This document shows positions 30,637 through 43,201 of a stretch of DNA of 64,000 nucleotides, piece after piece; positions within the stretch are counted from its first letter, which is position 1; each line of letters opens with the position of its first letter. The translations under genes and the position numbers were made by a program. Origin of the DNA: Candidatus Latescibacterota bacterium (GTDB lineage: Bacteria; Latescibacterota; UBA2968; GCA-2709665); contig CAXXXF010000014.1 in the NCBI GenBank assembly GCA_963667175.2, forward strand, positions 192,001 through 256,000. The letters run 5' to 3'. Under the pieces are notes generated by a model. The model searched no databases, was not told where the DNA came from, and saw nothing but the letters and a program-made list of their open reading frames with translations.

Positions 30637-31528
30637 CGCCCTGGGCAGAGGCCTGGGCGCGCTGATCCCCGGCGCCGATGAACCCGCGCCGGAACAGACA
30701 GCCGGTTCATCGGATACGGGCGACCTCCATCCGGGCGCGCGGGTGCTTGAGATCGATCTCGGAGATCTCGAGCCGAACACGCACCAGCCCCGGACCGAAT
30801 TCGATCCGGATGCCGTACAGGAACTGGCCGATTCGATCCGGGAAAAAGGGGTCATCCAGCCCGTCGTCGCCCGGCGCTGCGGGTCGAGATACCAGCTCAT
30901 CGCGGGCGAGCGTCGGCTCCGCGCCGCGAAGAAGGCCGGCCTGGCGACCGTCCCCGCCATCCTGCTGGAGGTGGGGTCCGATCAGGAAATGATGGAAATC
31001 TCCCTGATTGAGAACGTGCAGCGGGAGGACCTGAATCCGATAGAAGAAGCCAGAGCTTTCAGGGCGCTGATGGAGACCTGTTTCCTGACTCAGGAAGAGG
31101 TGGCGCGGAAAGTCGGCAAGAACCGATCCACGGTGACCAATACGCTGCGCCTTCTCCACCTGTCCGAGGAAGTCAGAAACGCCCTGAAGGACAATCAGAT
31201 TTCCATGGGCCACGCCCGTGCGCTCCTGGGCCTGGCCGACGATCGTCTCCAGGTGAATCTCTGCAGGAAAATCGTCGCCGACGGCCTTTCCGTAAGGCAG
31301 GTTGAAACCCTTGTCAAAGCCGGAAGAACAGGTCGCCGGAAACCGCCCGGGGCCGGTCCCGCGAGGAAGGACCCCCAGACGCTTTCGCTGGAAGAAGACC
31401 TTCAGCGTCGTTTCGGTACGGGGGTGAACATCAACCGCCGGGGAAAGAAGGGAAGAATCGAAATCGAGTTCTACACCGACGACGATCTGGAACGCATCCT
31501 GGACCTCCTCCGGGAAACTTCCTACTGA
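30623..31528 (+). CDS. parB: Chromosome partitioning protein ParB/Spo0J
   Basis: LGRGLGAL, QPR, IAGERRLRA, ENVQREDLNPIEEA, GHARALL. Confidence 0.95.
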   Translation: MAKRNALGRGLGALIPGADEPAPEQTAGSSDTGDLHPGARVLEIDLGDLEPNTHQPRTEFDPDAVQELADSIREKGVIQPVVARRCGSRYQLIAGERRLRAAKKAGLATVPAILLEVGSDQEMMEISLIENVQREDLNPIEEARAFRALMETCFLTQEEVARKVGKNRSTVTNTLRLLHLSEEVRNALKDNQISMGHARALLGLADDRLQVNLCRKIVADGLSVRQVETLVKAGRTGRRKPPGAGPARKDPQTLSLEEDLQRRFGTGVNINRRGKKGRIEIEFYTDDDLERILDLLRETSY

Positions 31529-31629
31529 CGGACGAACCCCACCGGAGAATTGGCCCCGGGGGCACGGCGCGCCGTGCCCCTGTCTGATTATCCCGTTTCC
31601 ATGGTCAACACGAGGAGCTCGCGGCAACA

Positions 31630-32562
31630 ATGCTCGGAAATTTCCTGGAAAAATTCAAACAGGGTCTCTCGAAGACCCGGGAAGGGCTGTCAGGGAAAAT
31701 CACCGAGGTTCTGCGCCGTAGCCCGACACTGGACGAAGAAACCCTTGAGGAGATCGAAGAAATCCTCATCCGGTCAGACGTGGGTGTGAACGCCACGCTG
31801 CGGATCATCGACCGTCTTCGCGAGCGCCTGCGGGAGGGACCGGCGCCGGAAGGGACGGAAGACTGGGTCCGTGACCGGCTCGAAGCCGAACTGTTGGAAA
31901 TCCTCCGGAACGCGCAACCCCCTTCCCCGGCGCTCACCCGGGCCAGGCCGCACGTCATCCTGGTGGCCGGCGTCAACGGATCGGGAAAGACGACCACGAT
32001 CGGAAAGCTGGCCTGCCGGTACCGCGCGAGGGGCCAGCGGGTGCTTCTGGCCGCATGCGATACGTTTCGGGCCGCCGCAATCGACCAGCTTGCAATCTGG
32101 GCCCAACGTTCCGGCGCCGACGTCGTTCGCCATCGGCCGGGCGCGGACGCCGCCTCCGTGGCGTTCGATGCCCTTTCCGCCGCCCGGTCCCGCGATATGG
32201 ACGTCGTCATCATCGACACCGCGGGGCGCCTCCACACCAGCGTCAATCTGATGGAGGAACTCAAGAAAATCCGCCGCGTCCTGGGCAAATGCGTCCCCGG
32301 CGCCCCGCACGAGACCCTGCTGGTTCTGGACGCGACCACCGGGCAGAATGCCGTGGCCCAGGCCAGGCAGTTCCACTCGGACGTCGGCGTTACCGGCCTG
32401 GTTCTGGCCAAATTGGACGGAACGGCCAAAGGCGGCGTTGTCATTGCGATTGCCGACGAACTCGGTCTCCCGGTCCGCATGGTCGGCCTGGGCGAGGGTC
32501 AGGACGATCTGAGCGACTTCGAACCGGAAGCATTTGTTACAGCGCTTTTTGAAGGGGACTAA
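31630..32562 (+). CDS. ftsY: SRP receptor FtsY
   Basis: GVNGSGKTTTIGKLA, DTFRAAA, DTAGRLH, DATTGQN, KLDGTAKGG. Confidence 0.96.
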   Translation: MLGNFLEKFKQGLSKTREGLSGKITEVLRRSPTLDEETLEEIEEILIRSDVGVNATLRIIDRLRERLREGPAPEGTEDWVRDRLEAELLEILRNAQPPSPALTRARPHVILVAGVNGSGKTTTIGKLACRYRARGQRVLLAACDTFRAAAIDQLAIWAQRSGADVVRHRPGADAASVAFDALSAARSRDMDVVIIDTAGRLHTSVNLMEELKKIRRVLGKCVPGAPHETLLVLDATTGQNAVAQARQFHSDVGVTGLVLAKLDGTAKGGVVIAIADELGLPVRMVGLGEGQDDLSDFEPEAFVTALFEGD

Positions 32563-32565
32563 AAG

Positions 32566-32776
32566 TAGCTGATAGCTTTCGGCTCTCAGCCGTCAGCTCG
32601 AAGCGAAAATCAGCTCACACGGAGACACAAAGGGAAAGAACAGCTATCAGCAGTCGGCTATCAGCCGTCAGCTTGAGTCAAAAACATAATCCATTAACGT
32701 CGGCGCCGTGATGATGAAGCACCGGAAGGGACGCAGACCTCTCTCCCCGGCCCCTCTCCTAAAGGAAAAGGGGAGT
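32566..32776 (+). repeat. Heptamer tandem-repeat composite element, copy 2, ending in a CCCCTCTCC...GGGGAG hairpin (empty site for the 33-bp mini-element)
   Basis: CAGCTATCAGCAGTCGGCTATCAGCCGTCAGCTTGAGTCAAAA...CGGCGCCGTGA...CGCAGACCTCTCTCCCCGG|CCCCTCTCC. Confidence 0.7.
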
Positions 32777-32915
32777 AAAACCAGCATAACCGGGCTCACG
32801 CTACCATTCGCAATCCAACAATTGTCTAATTCAACAGAAGTCCGTTTGCGGACGTCTCATTCGTGAAAGTTGCCAACGCTTACGTCTACCATCTTACCTC
32901 TACCCGATTCTTTGT

Positions 32916-34094
32916 ATGACTCACATTTATCTCGACAATCAGGCCACGACGCAGGTGGATCCGCGAGTACTGGACGCGATGATGCCCTATTTCAAGGCGG
33001 AATTCGGGAACGCGGCCAGCCGTACCCACAGCTTCGGTTGGGCTGCTGAAGCCGCGGTGGACCGGGCCCGGGAGCAGATTGCGGAACTGATCCGCGCCGA
33101 CGCGAGGGATATCGTCTTCACCAGCGGCGCGACGGAATCCGACAACCTGGCCATCAAGGGCGTGGCTGCCGTGCGACGCGAGAAGGGTGGACACATCATC
33201 ACCCAGACCACCGAACATCACGCCGTCCTGGATTCGTGCAAAGCGCTGGAACGGCGCGGTTTCGACGTTAGCGTCCTGCCGGTAGACCGTTACGGACGCG
33301 TCGAACCGGAAACCGTCTCGGACGAGATCGGCGACAACACCGTGCTCGTCTCCGTTATGGCGGCCAACAACGAGATCGGCACCGTGCAGCCCCTGGACGA
33401 GATCGGCGCCATCTGCAGGGAACGGAACGTCCTCTTCCATTGCGACGCCGCTCAGGCCGTGGGCAAGCTGCCCATCGACGTGCAGGCCCTCGGCATCGAC
33501 CTGCTCTCGATATCCGCCCACAAGCTGTACGGCCCCAAGGGCGTCGGCGCCCTCTACGTTCGCAGCCGGCCTCGTGTGCGTCTCGTGGCGGAAATCGACG
33601 GCGGCGGCCACGAACGGGGCATGCGCTCCGGCACGCTGAACGTGCCGGGTATCGTCGGCCTCGGGGCGGCCTGCGAACTTGCGGGCGCGGAAATGTCCGC
33701 TGAAGGCGTCCGGCTCAGGAGATTGCGCGAGCGACTGAAAACCCGTCTGTTCGACGGACTCGACGACGTCTTCTTCAATGGACATCCGGAGCAGCGACTG
33801 GATGGAAATCTGAACGTCAGCTTCGAAGGCGTGGATGGCGAGAGTCTCATGGTGGGCCTGAGTGAGATCGCGCTCTCTTCCGGCTCCGCCTGCACCTCGG
33901 CGGCGCTGGAACCCTCATACGTGCTGCGGGCGCTGGGGGTTCCGAACCGCCTGGCCGAAAGCAGCATCCGATTCGGCATTGGAAGATTCAACACCGAAAC
34001 CGAAATTGACCACGTGGCTGGGCGAGTCATCGGCGAAGTCGGTCGGTTGCGGGAGATCTCACCCTACGGCAGCACGAGTCAGCCCCGCATGTAG
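32916..34094 (+). CDS. iscS: Cysteine desulfurase, IscS subfamily
   Basis: [46 protein letters not shown]. Confidence 0.95.
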   Translation: MTHIYLDNQATTQVDPRVLDAMMPYFKAEFGNAASRTHSFGWAAEAAVDRAREQIAELIRADARDIVFTSGATESDNLAIKGVAAVRREKGGHIITQTTEHHAVLDSCKALERRGFDVSVLPVDRYGRVEPETVSDEIGDNTVLVSVMAANNEIGTVQPLDEIGAICRERNVLFHCDAAQAVGKLPIDVQALGIDLLSISAHKLYGPKGVGALYVRSRPRVRLVAEIDGGGHERGMRSGTLNVPGIVGLGAACELAGAEMSAEGVRLRRLRERLKTRLFDGLDDVFFNGHPEQRLDGNLNVSFEGVDGESLMVGLSEIALSSGSACTSAALEPSYVLRALGVPNRLAESSIRFGIGRFNTETEIDHVAGRVIGEVGRLREISPYGSTSQPRM

Positions 34095-34210
34095 CAGCCC
34101 GTTGATAAAGTCCATCCGGGCTGCCTGCCTGTGCGTTCGCACGCAGACAGGCGTCCGGCCCTTGTGGCCGAAATACGGCGTTGCCTGCCTGCAGCAGGCA
34201 GGCGCTCCCG
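34093..34210. mobile_element. Partial inverted copy of the 4029-4213 MITE, carrying two CCTG/CAGG mini-elements
   Basis: Reverse complement aligns to ~4124-4213 with an extra 28-bp insert at 34124-34151. Confidence 0.75.
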
Positions 34211-34256
34211 GGCGCACAATCCCAAGTCCACTGAACACACGACAAGGAACGAACCC

Positions 34257-35075
34257 ATGCAAATGCCACCCGGCATGCCGAAACCGCGCCCCATTCCCGA
34301 CGTCGAGCATATCCTGGCCGTTTCCAGCGGCAAGGGAGGCGTGGGCAAGACCACCGTGAGCGTGAACCTGTCGGTCGCCCTGGCGCGCAATGGGCAGACC
34401 GTCGGCCTGCTCGACGCCGACGTCTACGGGCCCAATGTCCCGATGATGCTGGGCGCTACCGAACAGCCGCGGGCAGTGGACGGCAAGATTATCCCTCTCG
34501 AAAAACACGGGGTCAAACTGATGTCTCTCGGACTCATCGCGGGCGAGGACACTCCCGTGATCTGGCGAGGCCCCATCGTGGGTAAGATGATCCAGCAGTT
34601 CATGTCCGACGTCGCATGGGGCGCGCTGGACTTCCTCGTTGTCGATCTTCCGCCCGGGACCGGCGACGCCCAGCTCACCCTCGCCCAGACCGTTCCGCTC
34701 AGCGGTGCGGTGATCGTTACTACGCCGCAGGACGTTGCGCTGGAAGACGTGACGCGAAGCGTGGAGATGTTCCGCAAAGTGGACGTGCCCGTTCTTGGCG
34801 CCGTGGAAAACATGAGCGCCTTCGCGTGTCCCTGCTGCGGCGAAACCGCGGCCATCTTCGGCACGGGCGGCGGAGATCGAATCGCCCAGGCCTTCAATAT
34901 CCCGCTGCTCGGTCAACTGCCCATCCTTCCGGCCATTCGAGAAGGCGGCGACGCCGGCGACCCGATCGCGGCGGGGAAAACCGACGTGGCACGGACCTTC
35001 CTCGAGATCGCGCGGAAGATCGTGGACCCGATCGACGCCTTCGAGCAGCCGGGACCTCAAATCACGATATCGTGA
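34257..35075 (+). CDS. mrp: Mrp/NBP35 (ApbC) Fe-S carrier ATPase
   Basis: SGKGGVGKTT, DADVYGPN, IWRGP, DLPPGTGD, TTPQ, ENMS..CPCC. Confidence 0.93.
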   Translation: MQMPPGMPKPRPIPDVEHILAVSSGKGGVGKTTVSVNLSVALARNGQTVGLLDADVYGPNVPMMLGATEQPRAVDGKIIPLEKHGVKLMSLGLIAGEDTPVIWRGPIVGKMIQQFMSDVAWGALDFLVVDLPPGTGDAQLTLAQTVPLSGAVIVTTPQDVALEDVTRSVEMFRKVDVPVLGAVENMSAFACPCCGETAAIFGTGGGDRIAQAFNIPLLGQLPILPAIREGGDAGDPIAAGKTDVARTFLEIARKIVDPIDAFEQPGPQITIS

Positions 35076-35273
35076 AACGCGCGGATCCGAGTCTACAATA
35101 TTCCAATCCATACGTTCACGTTCCGGGTCTACCGGCAGTCAGGACGGACCCTGACGTCTGGCGATTGTCAGGTGATGTAATTCCTGAACACGGCCAATAA
35201 CCTTTGCCTTCAGGGCCGGAATTGGATACATTACACGCACGTGCTGACAACCTCTTTGCGCCAGGGGGAACTT

Positions 35274-36452
35274 ATGATTACGGCATTTGAATCGCTCATG
35301 GAAAACGTCAGGAGCGAGGTCCGGGGCATTTCACCCGAAGAGGCCCGCGAGCGGATTGACGACCTGCTGCTTCTGGACGTCCGGGAACGGGAGGACTACG
35401 CCGAGGGTTATATCCACGGCGCGGAAAACCTCTCCAGAGGGTTTCTCGAACTGCGCATCGAAACCATGGCGAACGACCGGTCCGGCGCCATTCTGGTCTA
35501 CGGAGACGAGAACCAGGGCGCACTGGCGGCAAGAGATCTGCAGAATATGGGATACGAAAACGTCGTCTACCTCAAGGGAGGTTACGACGCCTGGGTGGAG
35601 GCGGGCCTGCCGGTTCAGCGCGACAGAGCGCTCAGCAAAGCCGAGGTCCAGCGTTACTCAAGGCATCTCCTGGTCCCCGAAGTGGGCGAAAAGGGTCAGG
35701 GCAAGCTGCTGGACGCGAAGGTGCTGATGGTCGGCGCCGGTGGACTGGGCTGTCCGGCAGCCTACTATCTTGCCGCGGCCGGCGTTGGCGCCCTGGGGAT
35801 CGTGGACGCGGACGTGGTGGACGTGACCAATCTACAGCGCCAGATCCTGCACGGCACTTCCGACGTGGGCAGGCCGAAAGCCATCTCCGCGCGCGAGACC
35901 CTGCAAGACCTGAATCCCGGCTGCAAGGTGGTGCCCTACGTCGAGTTTCTCAATTCCGATAACGTGATGGACATAATCGCGGACTACGACCTCGTCGTGA
36001 ACGGCTGCGACAATTTTCCCACGCGTTATATGGTGAACGACGCCTGCGTTTTCGCGCGCAAACCCATCGTAGACGGGAGCATCTTCCGTTTCGAGGGCCA
36101 GGTGACCATCTATCCCTGCGACCTGGAGGGGCCCTGCTACCGGTGCCTCTACCCCGAACCGCCGCCCGCCGAACTGGCGCCGTCGTGCGCCGACGCGGGG
36201 GTTCTGGGCGTACTGCCGGGAACCGTGGGCCTGATTCAGGCCACCGAAGTGGTCAAGCTGATTCTCGGCCAGGGCGAACCCCTGATCGGCAGACTGCTCA
36301 TGTACGACGCGCTGGCCATGAGTTTCCGCACGTTCAAGATCCGGCGCGATCCCGGTTGCCCGGTCTGCGGGGACAATCCGGAGATTACCGAACTGATTGA
36401 CTACGTCGCATTCTGCAGCGGCGTTACGGAGCCCGCCGCAGCGGACGATTGA
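35274..36452 (+). CDS. moeB: Rhodanese-MoeB fusion (MoeZ-like) sulfur-carrier adenylyltransferase
   Basis: N-terminal rhodanese (LDVRE, GYIHGA, LKGGY); RYSRH, GAGGLG, NLQRQILH, DNFPTRY, CYRCLYP, CPVC. Confidence 0.92.
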   Translation: MITAFESLMENVRSEVRGISPEEARERIDDLLLLDVREREDYAEGYIHGAENLSRGFLELRIETMANDRSGAILVYGDENQGALAARDLQNMGYENVVYLKGGYDAWVEAGLPVQRDRALSKAEVQRYSRHLLVPEVGEKGQGKLLDAKVLMVGAGGLGCPAAYYLAAAGVGALGIVDADVVDVTNLQRQILHGTSDVGRPKAISARETLQDLNPGCKVVPYVEFLNSDNVMDIIADYDLVVNGCDNFPTRYMVNDACVFARKPIVDGSIFRFEGQVTIYPCDLEGPCYRCLYPEPPPAELAPSCADAGVLGVLPGTVGLIQATEVVKLILGQGEPLIGRLLMYDALAMSFRTFKIRRDPGCPVCGDNPEITELIDYVAFCSGVTEPAAADD

Positions 36453-36477
36453 AACGCCGCCGGGTCTGCGCAAAAAA

Positions 36478-36520
36478 AAGAAACGCGCCCCAAACGTTCA
36501 GGGCGCGTTTCTTTTTTCTT
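36478..36520. terminator. Bidirectional terminator between moeB and groL
   Basis: AAGAAACGCGCCC-loop-GGGCGCGTTTCTT flanked by A and T tracts. Confidence 0.85.
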
Positions 36521-36559
36521 TCTCCTCGTTCCCTCTCAGGGAGTGGAGACCGCGCGTTG

Positions 36560-38514
<1,955 letters not shown>

Positions 38515-38592
38515 GTCTCTTACCTCCTTGAAGAAATGAGACGGGATCGGCGTTAAATTTATTCGATCTTTTTAAATCGCTTAACGTCGTTG

Positions 38593-38619
38593 TTAGCACT
38601 CTGAATCGTTGAGTGCTAA
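38593..38619. promoter_or_regulatory. CIRCE element (HrcA operator)
   Basis: Perfect TTAGCACTC-N9-GAGTGCTAA upstream of groES. Confidence 0.95.
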
Positions 38620-38761
38620 CGATCGACAAATATATCATACCGGCGCATCGTTGGCAAGGAAAATCTCGTGTTCCAATACAACAAAAGACGCCGGGATTCT
38701 TCTCGGAAGACCCGGTGTTATTGTTCCTGCGGCTCGCATGATCAGGATGGCCCGCGGCCGG

Positions 38762-39223
38762 CTATTTCTTATTGTAGAGCGCCTCGAACGCCCGCAACAG
38801 TTCCCGCGATTTCTTCACGTGGGCAACGTCGGTGGTCTGCTTGCATTTCATCGCGGAGACGACCATCTGATGGAGCAACGCCAGTTTCTCGGAATAGGTC
38901 TTGTGCGCAGCCGGATCGTCGCCCTCGGGCGCCTTGATGCGCTGCGCCAGGAAGTACTGCGCCACAATCTCGCGAATGCGGTCCGCATGAGCTTCCTTGT
39001 TGTTCACCCACCGCGCCAGTTGGTTCGCGTTCTTGCCCGGTTCGGCTGAGAGCTGGACGATTAGATTCATCGACTTCTCGATCGTCGTCAGATTCTCCGC
39101 GATGGCGGCGAACCTGGCGGCGTCGCCGTAGATCCCGCAGGGGATCTCACAGTGCGAAACCGCAGACCCGTGAAACGTCAGAAGAAAAAGCGGAAAAAGA
39201 ACTGCCGAAACCAGACGCCTCAT
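38762..39223 (-). CDS. sodN: Nickel superoxide dismutase precursor with signal peptide
   Basis: Ni-hook HCEIPCGIY after a hydrophobic leader ending AVS; RWVNNKEAHA, AMKCKQ. Confidence 0.93.
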   Translation of the reverse strand: MRRLVSAVLFPLFLLTFHGSAVSHCEIPCGIYGDAARFAAIAENLTTIEKSMNLIVQLSAEPGKNANQLARWVNNKEAHADRIREIVAQYFLAQRIKAPEGDDPAAHKTYSEKLALLHQMVVSAMKCKQTTDVAHVKKSRELLRAFEALYNKK

Positions 39224-39470
39224 AACGAGATACTCCTTTGAAAGAGGGTAAGCGGATTGTCGAACCGACACGCGCCGCGGGCACGCTTCGATAATCCGTT
39301 GCCGGGACAGAACAACGTTTGATTTTCCCCGCGCCAACCTATATATTCAATGCGAACTCGAACGGTCGTCCACAAGGTAAGGATTTCGCCCCCGTGCATC
39401 AAGAGAATAGCGGTGGCGCCCGCCCTTCGGAATGGTTTCAGGATCTGCGTGACCGGGACGGAAACTCGCG

Positions 39471-41633
39471 ATGCCCATAACCCGCAACCGGGTTCTGAAT
39501 TTCATCTGTAAAGAAGCGGGCCGCCCGCTCAAACCTCGCGAACTGAGCCGGGCGTTGCAAGTGCCCGAACGCGACTACCGGCGACTTCGGCGCCTGCTCA
39601 TCCAACTCGAACGGGAAGGCGCCGTCGTCAGGCTGCGCAACAACCGCTTCGGTCCTCCCGGCCGCCTCAAACTCGCCACGGGTGTGCTGAGCGTCCATCC
39701 CGACGGATTCGGTTTCGTCCGTCGCGACGGCGGAACCCCGGATATATTCGTGGGGCCCGGGGGCCTGCGCGGCGCTTTGCACGGTGACCGTGTCGCGGCC
39801 CGCGTTTCCCGCAGGCGCGGCGGCAAGCCCGAAGGCGAAATCGCCCGCGTACTGGAACGCGGCGCGAGATGCATCATTGGAGTCTATCGCGCCGGTGCGC
39901 GCGTCGGATTTGTGGAACCTGACGATCCCCGATTTCCCAGGGACGTCTACGTCTCCCCGGAAGACGCCGGAGGGTCCCGGGACGGTCAGCTGGTTGTTGT
40001 CCGTCTCAGATCCTGGCGCCCGGAAATTCCCGATCCCGAAGGCGAGATCGTCGAAATCCTGGGATCCCCCGACGACCCCGGCATCGACGTCCTTTCCATC
40101 GCGAAAGAGTACGACCTGCCCATCGAGTTCCCCCCGAACGTACTCGAGGCCGCGGAGGAATTTTCAGACCGGATTCCCGCGGCGGAAATCCGCAACCGGC
40201 GGGACCTCCGCCATCTCGTTTGCATTACCATCGATCCGGAAGACGCCCGCGACCACGACGATGCCGTCTCTCTCGAAGACCTGCCCGGAGGCGGATACCG
40301 TCTGGGCGTGCACGTTGCCGACGTCGGCCACTACGTCAAAGAAGGCGGCCCGCTGGACCAGGAAGCACTGACGAGAGGGACCAGCGTCTACCTCCCCGGC
40401 CGGGCGATTCCCATGCTGCCGGATCGGCTGTCCGGAAACCTGTGCTCGCTCCTGCCGGACAAGGACCGGCTTTCAATCAGCGTCCTCATCGATCTCGACG
40501 GAAACGGGAGATCGGTGAAAGCGGAGATCGTCCCGTCCGTGGTCCGAAGCCGGGCAAAGCTGTCCTACCTGCAGGCCCAGAAGTGTCTCAATGACGGCGG
40601 ACAGACCGGGTCAACGCCCCACGGCGGCCTGATGCGGAAGATGGACGGCCTTCGGAGGCGCATCACCCGCCGGCGGTTGAAGCGAGGCGCGATCGATTTC
40701 AACATTGCCGAACCCCGTCTTGACGTGGACCGGGAGGGCAACGTCACGTCGATTCGCAGGAGCGAACGTCTCGACAGCCACCGGATGATCGAAGAGTTCA
40801 TGCTGCTGGCCAACGAAACCGTGGCCTGCCATCTGCGCGACCGGAATCTGCCCGGCCTTTACCGGGTTCACGAAAGGCCGGATGCGAGCAAACTCTCAGA
40901 ATTCGCGGACACCGCGGCCGCCTTCGGATTCGGGTTTCCACGCCGGGACCGGATACCTTCGGCCGACATTCAGAAGTTTCTTGCGGACGTCGAGGGAAAG
41001 CCCGTCGGCCCGGTTCTGAATGCACGGTTGTTGCAGTCCATGAAGAAAGCCGTCTACTCTCCGGACAACGTCGGCCACTTCGGCCTTGCCTGCGAAAACT
41101 ACACCCACTTCACCTCCCCCATTCGTCGATACCCGGACCTGACGGTCCATCGTCTGCTGAGAGAAGCCGGCGGATTGACCGAAGAACGAATGAACGGGCT
41201 CCGCGAAAGACTGCCTGCTCTGGGCAGGATCACGACCGGCCGTGAAACCGTGGCTCAGGAGGCGGAGAGAGCGTCCATCAAGGTCAAACAGATCCGCTAT
41301 CTGGAAGATCGCGTCGGCGACGTCTTCAACGCCGTGATCGTTGGCGTCCGGTCCATGGGATTCTTCGCACAGCTCGAAGAATTCCTGATCGACGGACTCG
41401 TCAGGGTCAGTACGCTGGCAGACGATACCTACGTGTATCACGAAAGCGAAGGCGCCCTGATTGGAGAACGCCGCGGCAGGCGTTTCAGGCTGGGCGACCC
41501 GGTGGTGGTTCAGGTTGTACGCGCCGACCGGAGATTCCGACGGCTCGATCTCTTCCTTAAAGAAGGTGGGTCCACGGCCGAACGCGGCCGCCGCAGAGCG
41601 AAAGCGGGCATGCGGCGACGACGCCGGCGTTGA
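39471..41633 (+). CDS. rnr: Ribonuclease R
   Basis: HPDGFGF, TIDPEDARDHDDA, RGTSVY, IEEFMLLAN, HFTSPIRRYPDL, S1 domain. Confidence 0.95.
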   Translation: MPITRNRVLNFICKEAGRPLKPRELSRALQVPERDYRRLRRLLIQLEREGAVVRLRNNRFGPPGRLKLATGVLSVHPDGFGFVRRDGGTPDIFVGPGGLRGALHGDRVAARVSRRRGGKPEGEIARVLERGARCIIGVYRAGARVGFVEPDDPRFPRDVYVSPEDAGGSRDGQLVVVRLRSWRPEIPDPEGEIVEILGSPDDPGIDVLSIAKEYDLPIEFPPNVLEAAEEFSDRIPAAEIRNRRDLRHLVCITIDPEDARDHDDAVSLEDLPGGGYRLGVHVADVGHYVKEGGPLDQEALTRGTSVYLPGRAIPMLPDRLSGNLCSLLPDKDRLSISVLIDLDGNGRSVKAEIVPSVVRSRAKLSYLQAQKCLNDGGQTGSTPHGGLMRKMDGLRRRITRRRLKRGAIDFNIAEPRLDVDREGNVTSIRRSERLDSHRMIEEFMLLANETVACHLRDRNLPGLYRVHERPDASKLSEFADTAAAFGFGFPRRDRIPSADIQKFLADVEGKPVGPVLNARLLQSMKKAVYSPDNVGHFGLACENYTHFTSPIRRYPDLTVHRLLREAGGLTEERMNGLRERLPALGRITTGRETVAQEAERASIKVKQIRYLEDRVGDVFNAVIVGVRSMGFFAQLEEFLIDGLVRVSTLADDTYVYHESEGALIGERRGRRFRLGDPVVVQVVRADRRFRRLDLFLKEGGSTAERGRRRAKAGMRRRRRR

Positions 41634-41714
41634 CGTTTACGGACCCTGCGAGCACTTTGACCCATTCGCGAGTTTCCTGCACAACAGTCCTGCATACCGC
41701 CGACAGGAGGGTCG

Positions 41715-43127
41715 ATGGACAACAGTGTCAAACACTTTTGCGGCATCTTCGGCATCTACGGGAATGGCGATGCGGCGAAGCTCACCACGCTGGGTCTGCA
41801 CGCGCTGCAGCACCGGGGCGAGGAGAGCAGCGGCATCGTTTCCGGAAACGGCGAGTACCTGTTTCGCCACACCGAAATGGGACAGGTGGCCGATGTATTC
41901 GCGGAAGCCGGCGTATTGGAGCGGCTTCCCGGCCACCTGGCCATCGGACACAATCGGTATTCGACCACCGGGTCGGACACCCTTTCCAACGCCCAGCCTT
42001 TTCTGGCGGAGTGCCGGGACGCCTTCGTGGCCGTCGCGCACAACGGCAACCTCACCAATACAGCCGAACTCCGCAACGGGATGCAGGACGACGGCGCCAT
42101 CTTTCAGACCACAACCGACAGCGAACTGATCCTCCATCTCGTCGCCAGGTCCCGGGAAGAGAAGATGGTCGATCGCATCATAGGCGCACTGAGGCAGATC
42201 GACGGCGCGTATTCTCTGGTCCTGGCCACGGAAAACCAGCTGTTCGCGGCCCGCGATCCCTTCGGTTTCCGTCCGTTGTGTCTGGGTCAGCTCGGCGATG
42301 CCTGGATCGTTGCGTCCGAGTCATGCGCGCTCGACATCATTTCGGCGCGTTACATTCGCGACGTCGAACCCGGCGAACTCGTGATGATAGACACGCACGG
42401 TCTCCGCGCCTTCACGACCGAGGAGGCCGACCGGCACGCGTTCTGCATTTTCGAATACATCTACTTCTCGAGGCCCGACAGCATCATCTTCGGCGACAAC
42501 GTGGACAAGACCCGGCGCCGGCTGGGCAGACAACTGGCCATCGAGCAGCCTGCCGCCGCGGACATCGCGATCTCCGTGCCGGACTCCAGCAATACCGCGG
42601 CGCTGGGTTACGCCAACCAATCCGGCATCAAACACGAAATCGGTCTGATTCGGAACCACTACGTGGGACGCACGTTTATTACGCCTGGTCAGGACAGCCG
42701 ATCGTCCAAGGTCCGCCTCAAATACAACCCCGTCAGGGGGGTTCTGAATGGAAAGCGCGTGGTTGTCGTGGAAGATTCAATTGTCCGGGGCACGACGCTC
42801 AAACACCTGATTCGAATGTTGCGCGAAGCCGGCGCCCGCCAGGTACACGTCCGCGTGAGCTGCCCTCCAATCGTGGGGCCATGTTTTTACGGCATCGACT
42901 TTCAGACCGAGAAGGAACTGATCGCCAGCGCCAAGACCGTGGAACAGATCCGCGAACACCTTGGCGTGGACAGCCTGGGGTATCTCTCCCTGGACGGCAT
43001 GCTCGGCGTTGCCCCCAATTCTTCTCTTCAGTATTGCACGGCCTGCTTTACGCAGGACTATCCGATCCCCATCGAGAACGAGGCCGGCAAGCTGCTCCTT
43101 GAAAAACGAGCGGGCAACCTTTTTTGA
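41715..43127 (+). CDS. purF: Amidophosphoribosyltransferase
   Basis: Propeptide then CGIFG; LQHRGEES, GHNRYST, CIFEYIYF, VEDSIVRGTT, CFYGID, CTACF. Confidence 0.97.
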   Translation: MDNSVKHFCGIFGIYGNGDAAKLTTLGLHALQHRGEESSGIVSGNGEYLFRHTEMGQVADVFAEAGVLERLPGHLAIGHNRYSTTGSDTLSNAQPFLAECRDAFVAVAHNGNLTNTAELRNGMQDDGAIFQTTTDSELILHLVARSREEKMVDRIIGALRQIDGAYSLVLATENQLFAARDPFGFRPLCLGQLGDAWIVASESCALDIISARYIRDVEPGELVMIDTHGLRAFTTEEADRHAFCIFEYIYFSRPDSIIFGDNVDKTRRRLGRQLAIEQPAAADIAISVPDSSNTAALGYANQSGIKHEIGLIRNHYVGRTFITPGQDSRSSKVRLKYNPVRGVLNGKRVVVVEDSIVRGTTLKHLIRMLREAGARQVHVRVSCPPIVGPCFYGIDFQTEKELIASAKTVEQIREHLGVDSLGYLSLDGMLGVAPNSSLQYCTACFTQDYPIPIENEAGKLLLEKRAGNLF

Positions 43128-43201
43128 TCCAGAACGTAGAAAAAACGGAACGTCAGTGCCTGGTTCGTAACCCATTCTTGCGAATTCTTCAGCGCCTGTT
43201 C

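Noticed and set aside
29869-32900. parS site or replication origin near parAB
   Set aside because: No TGTTTCACGTGAAACA-like palindrome or DnaA-box cluster was seen by eye.
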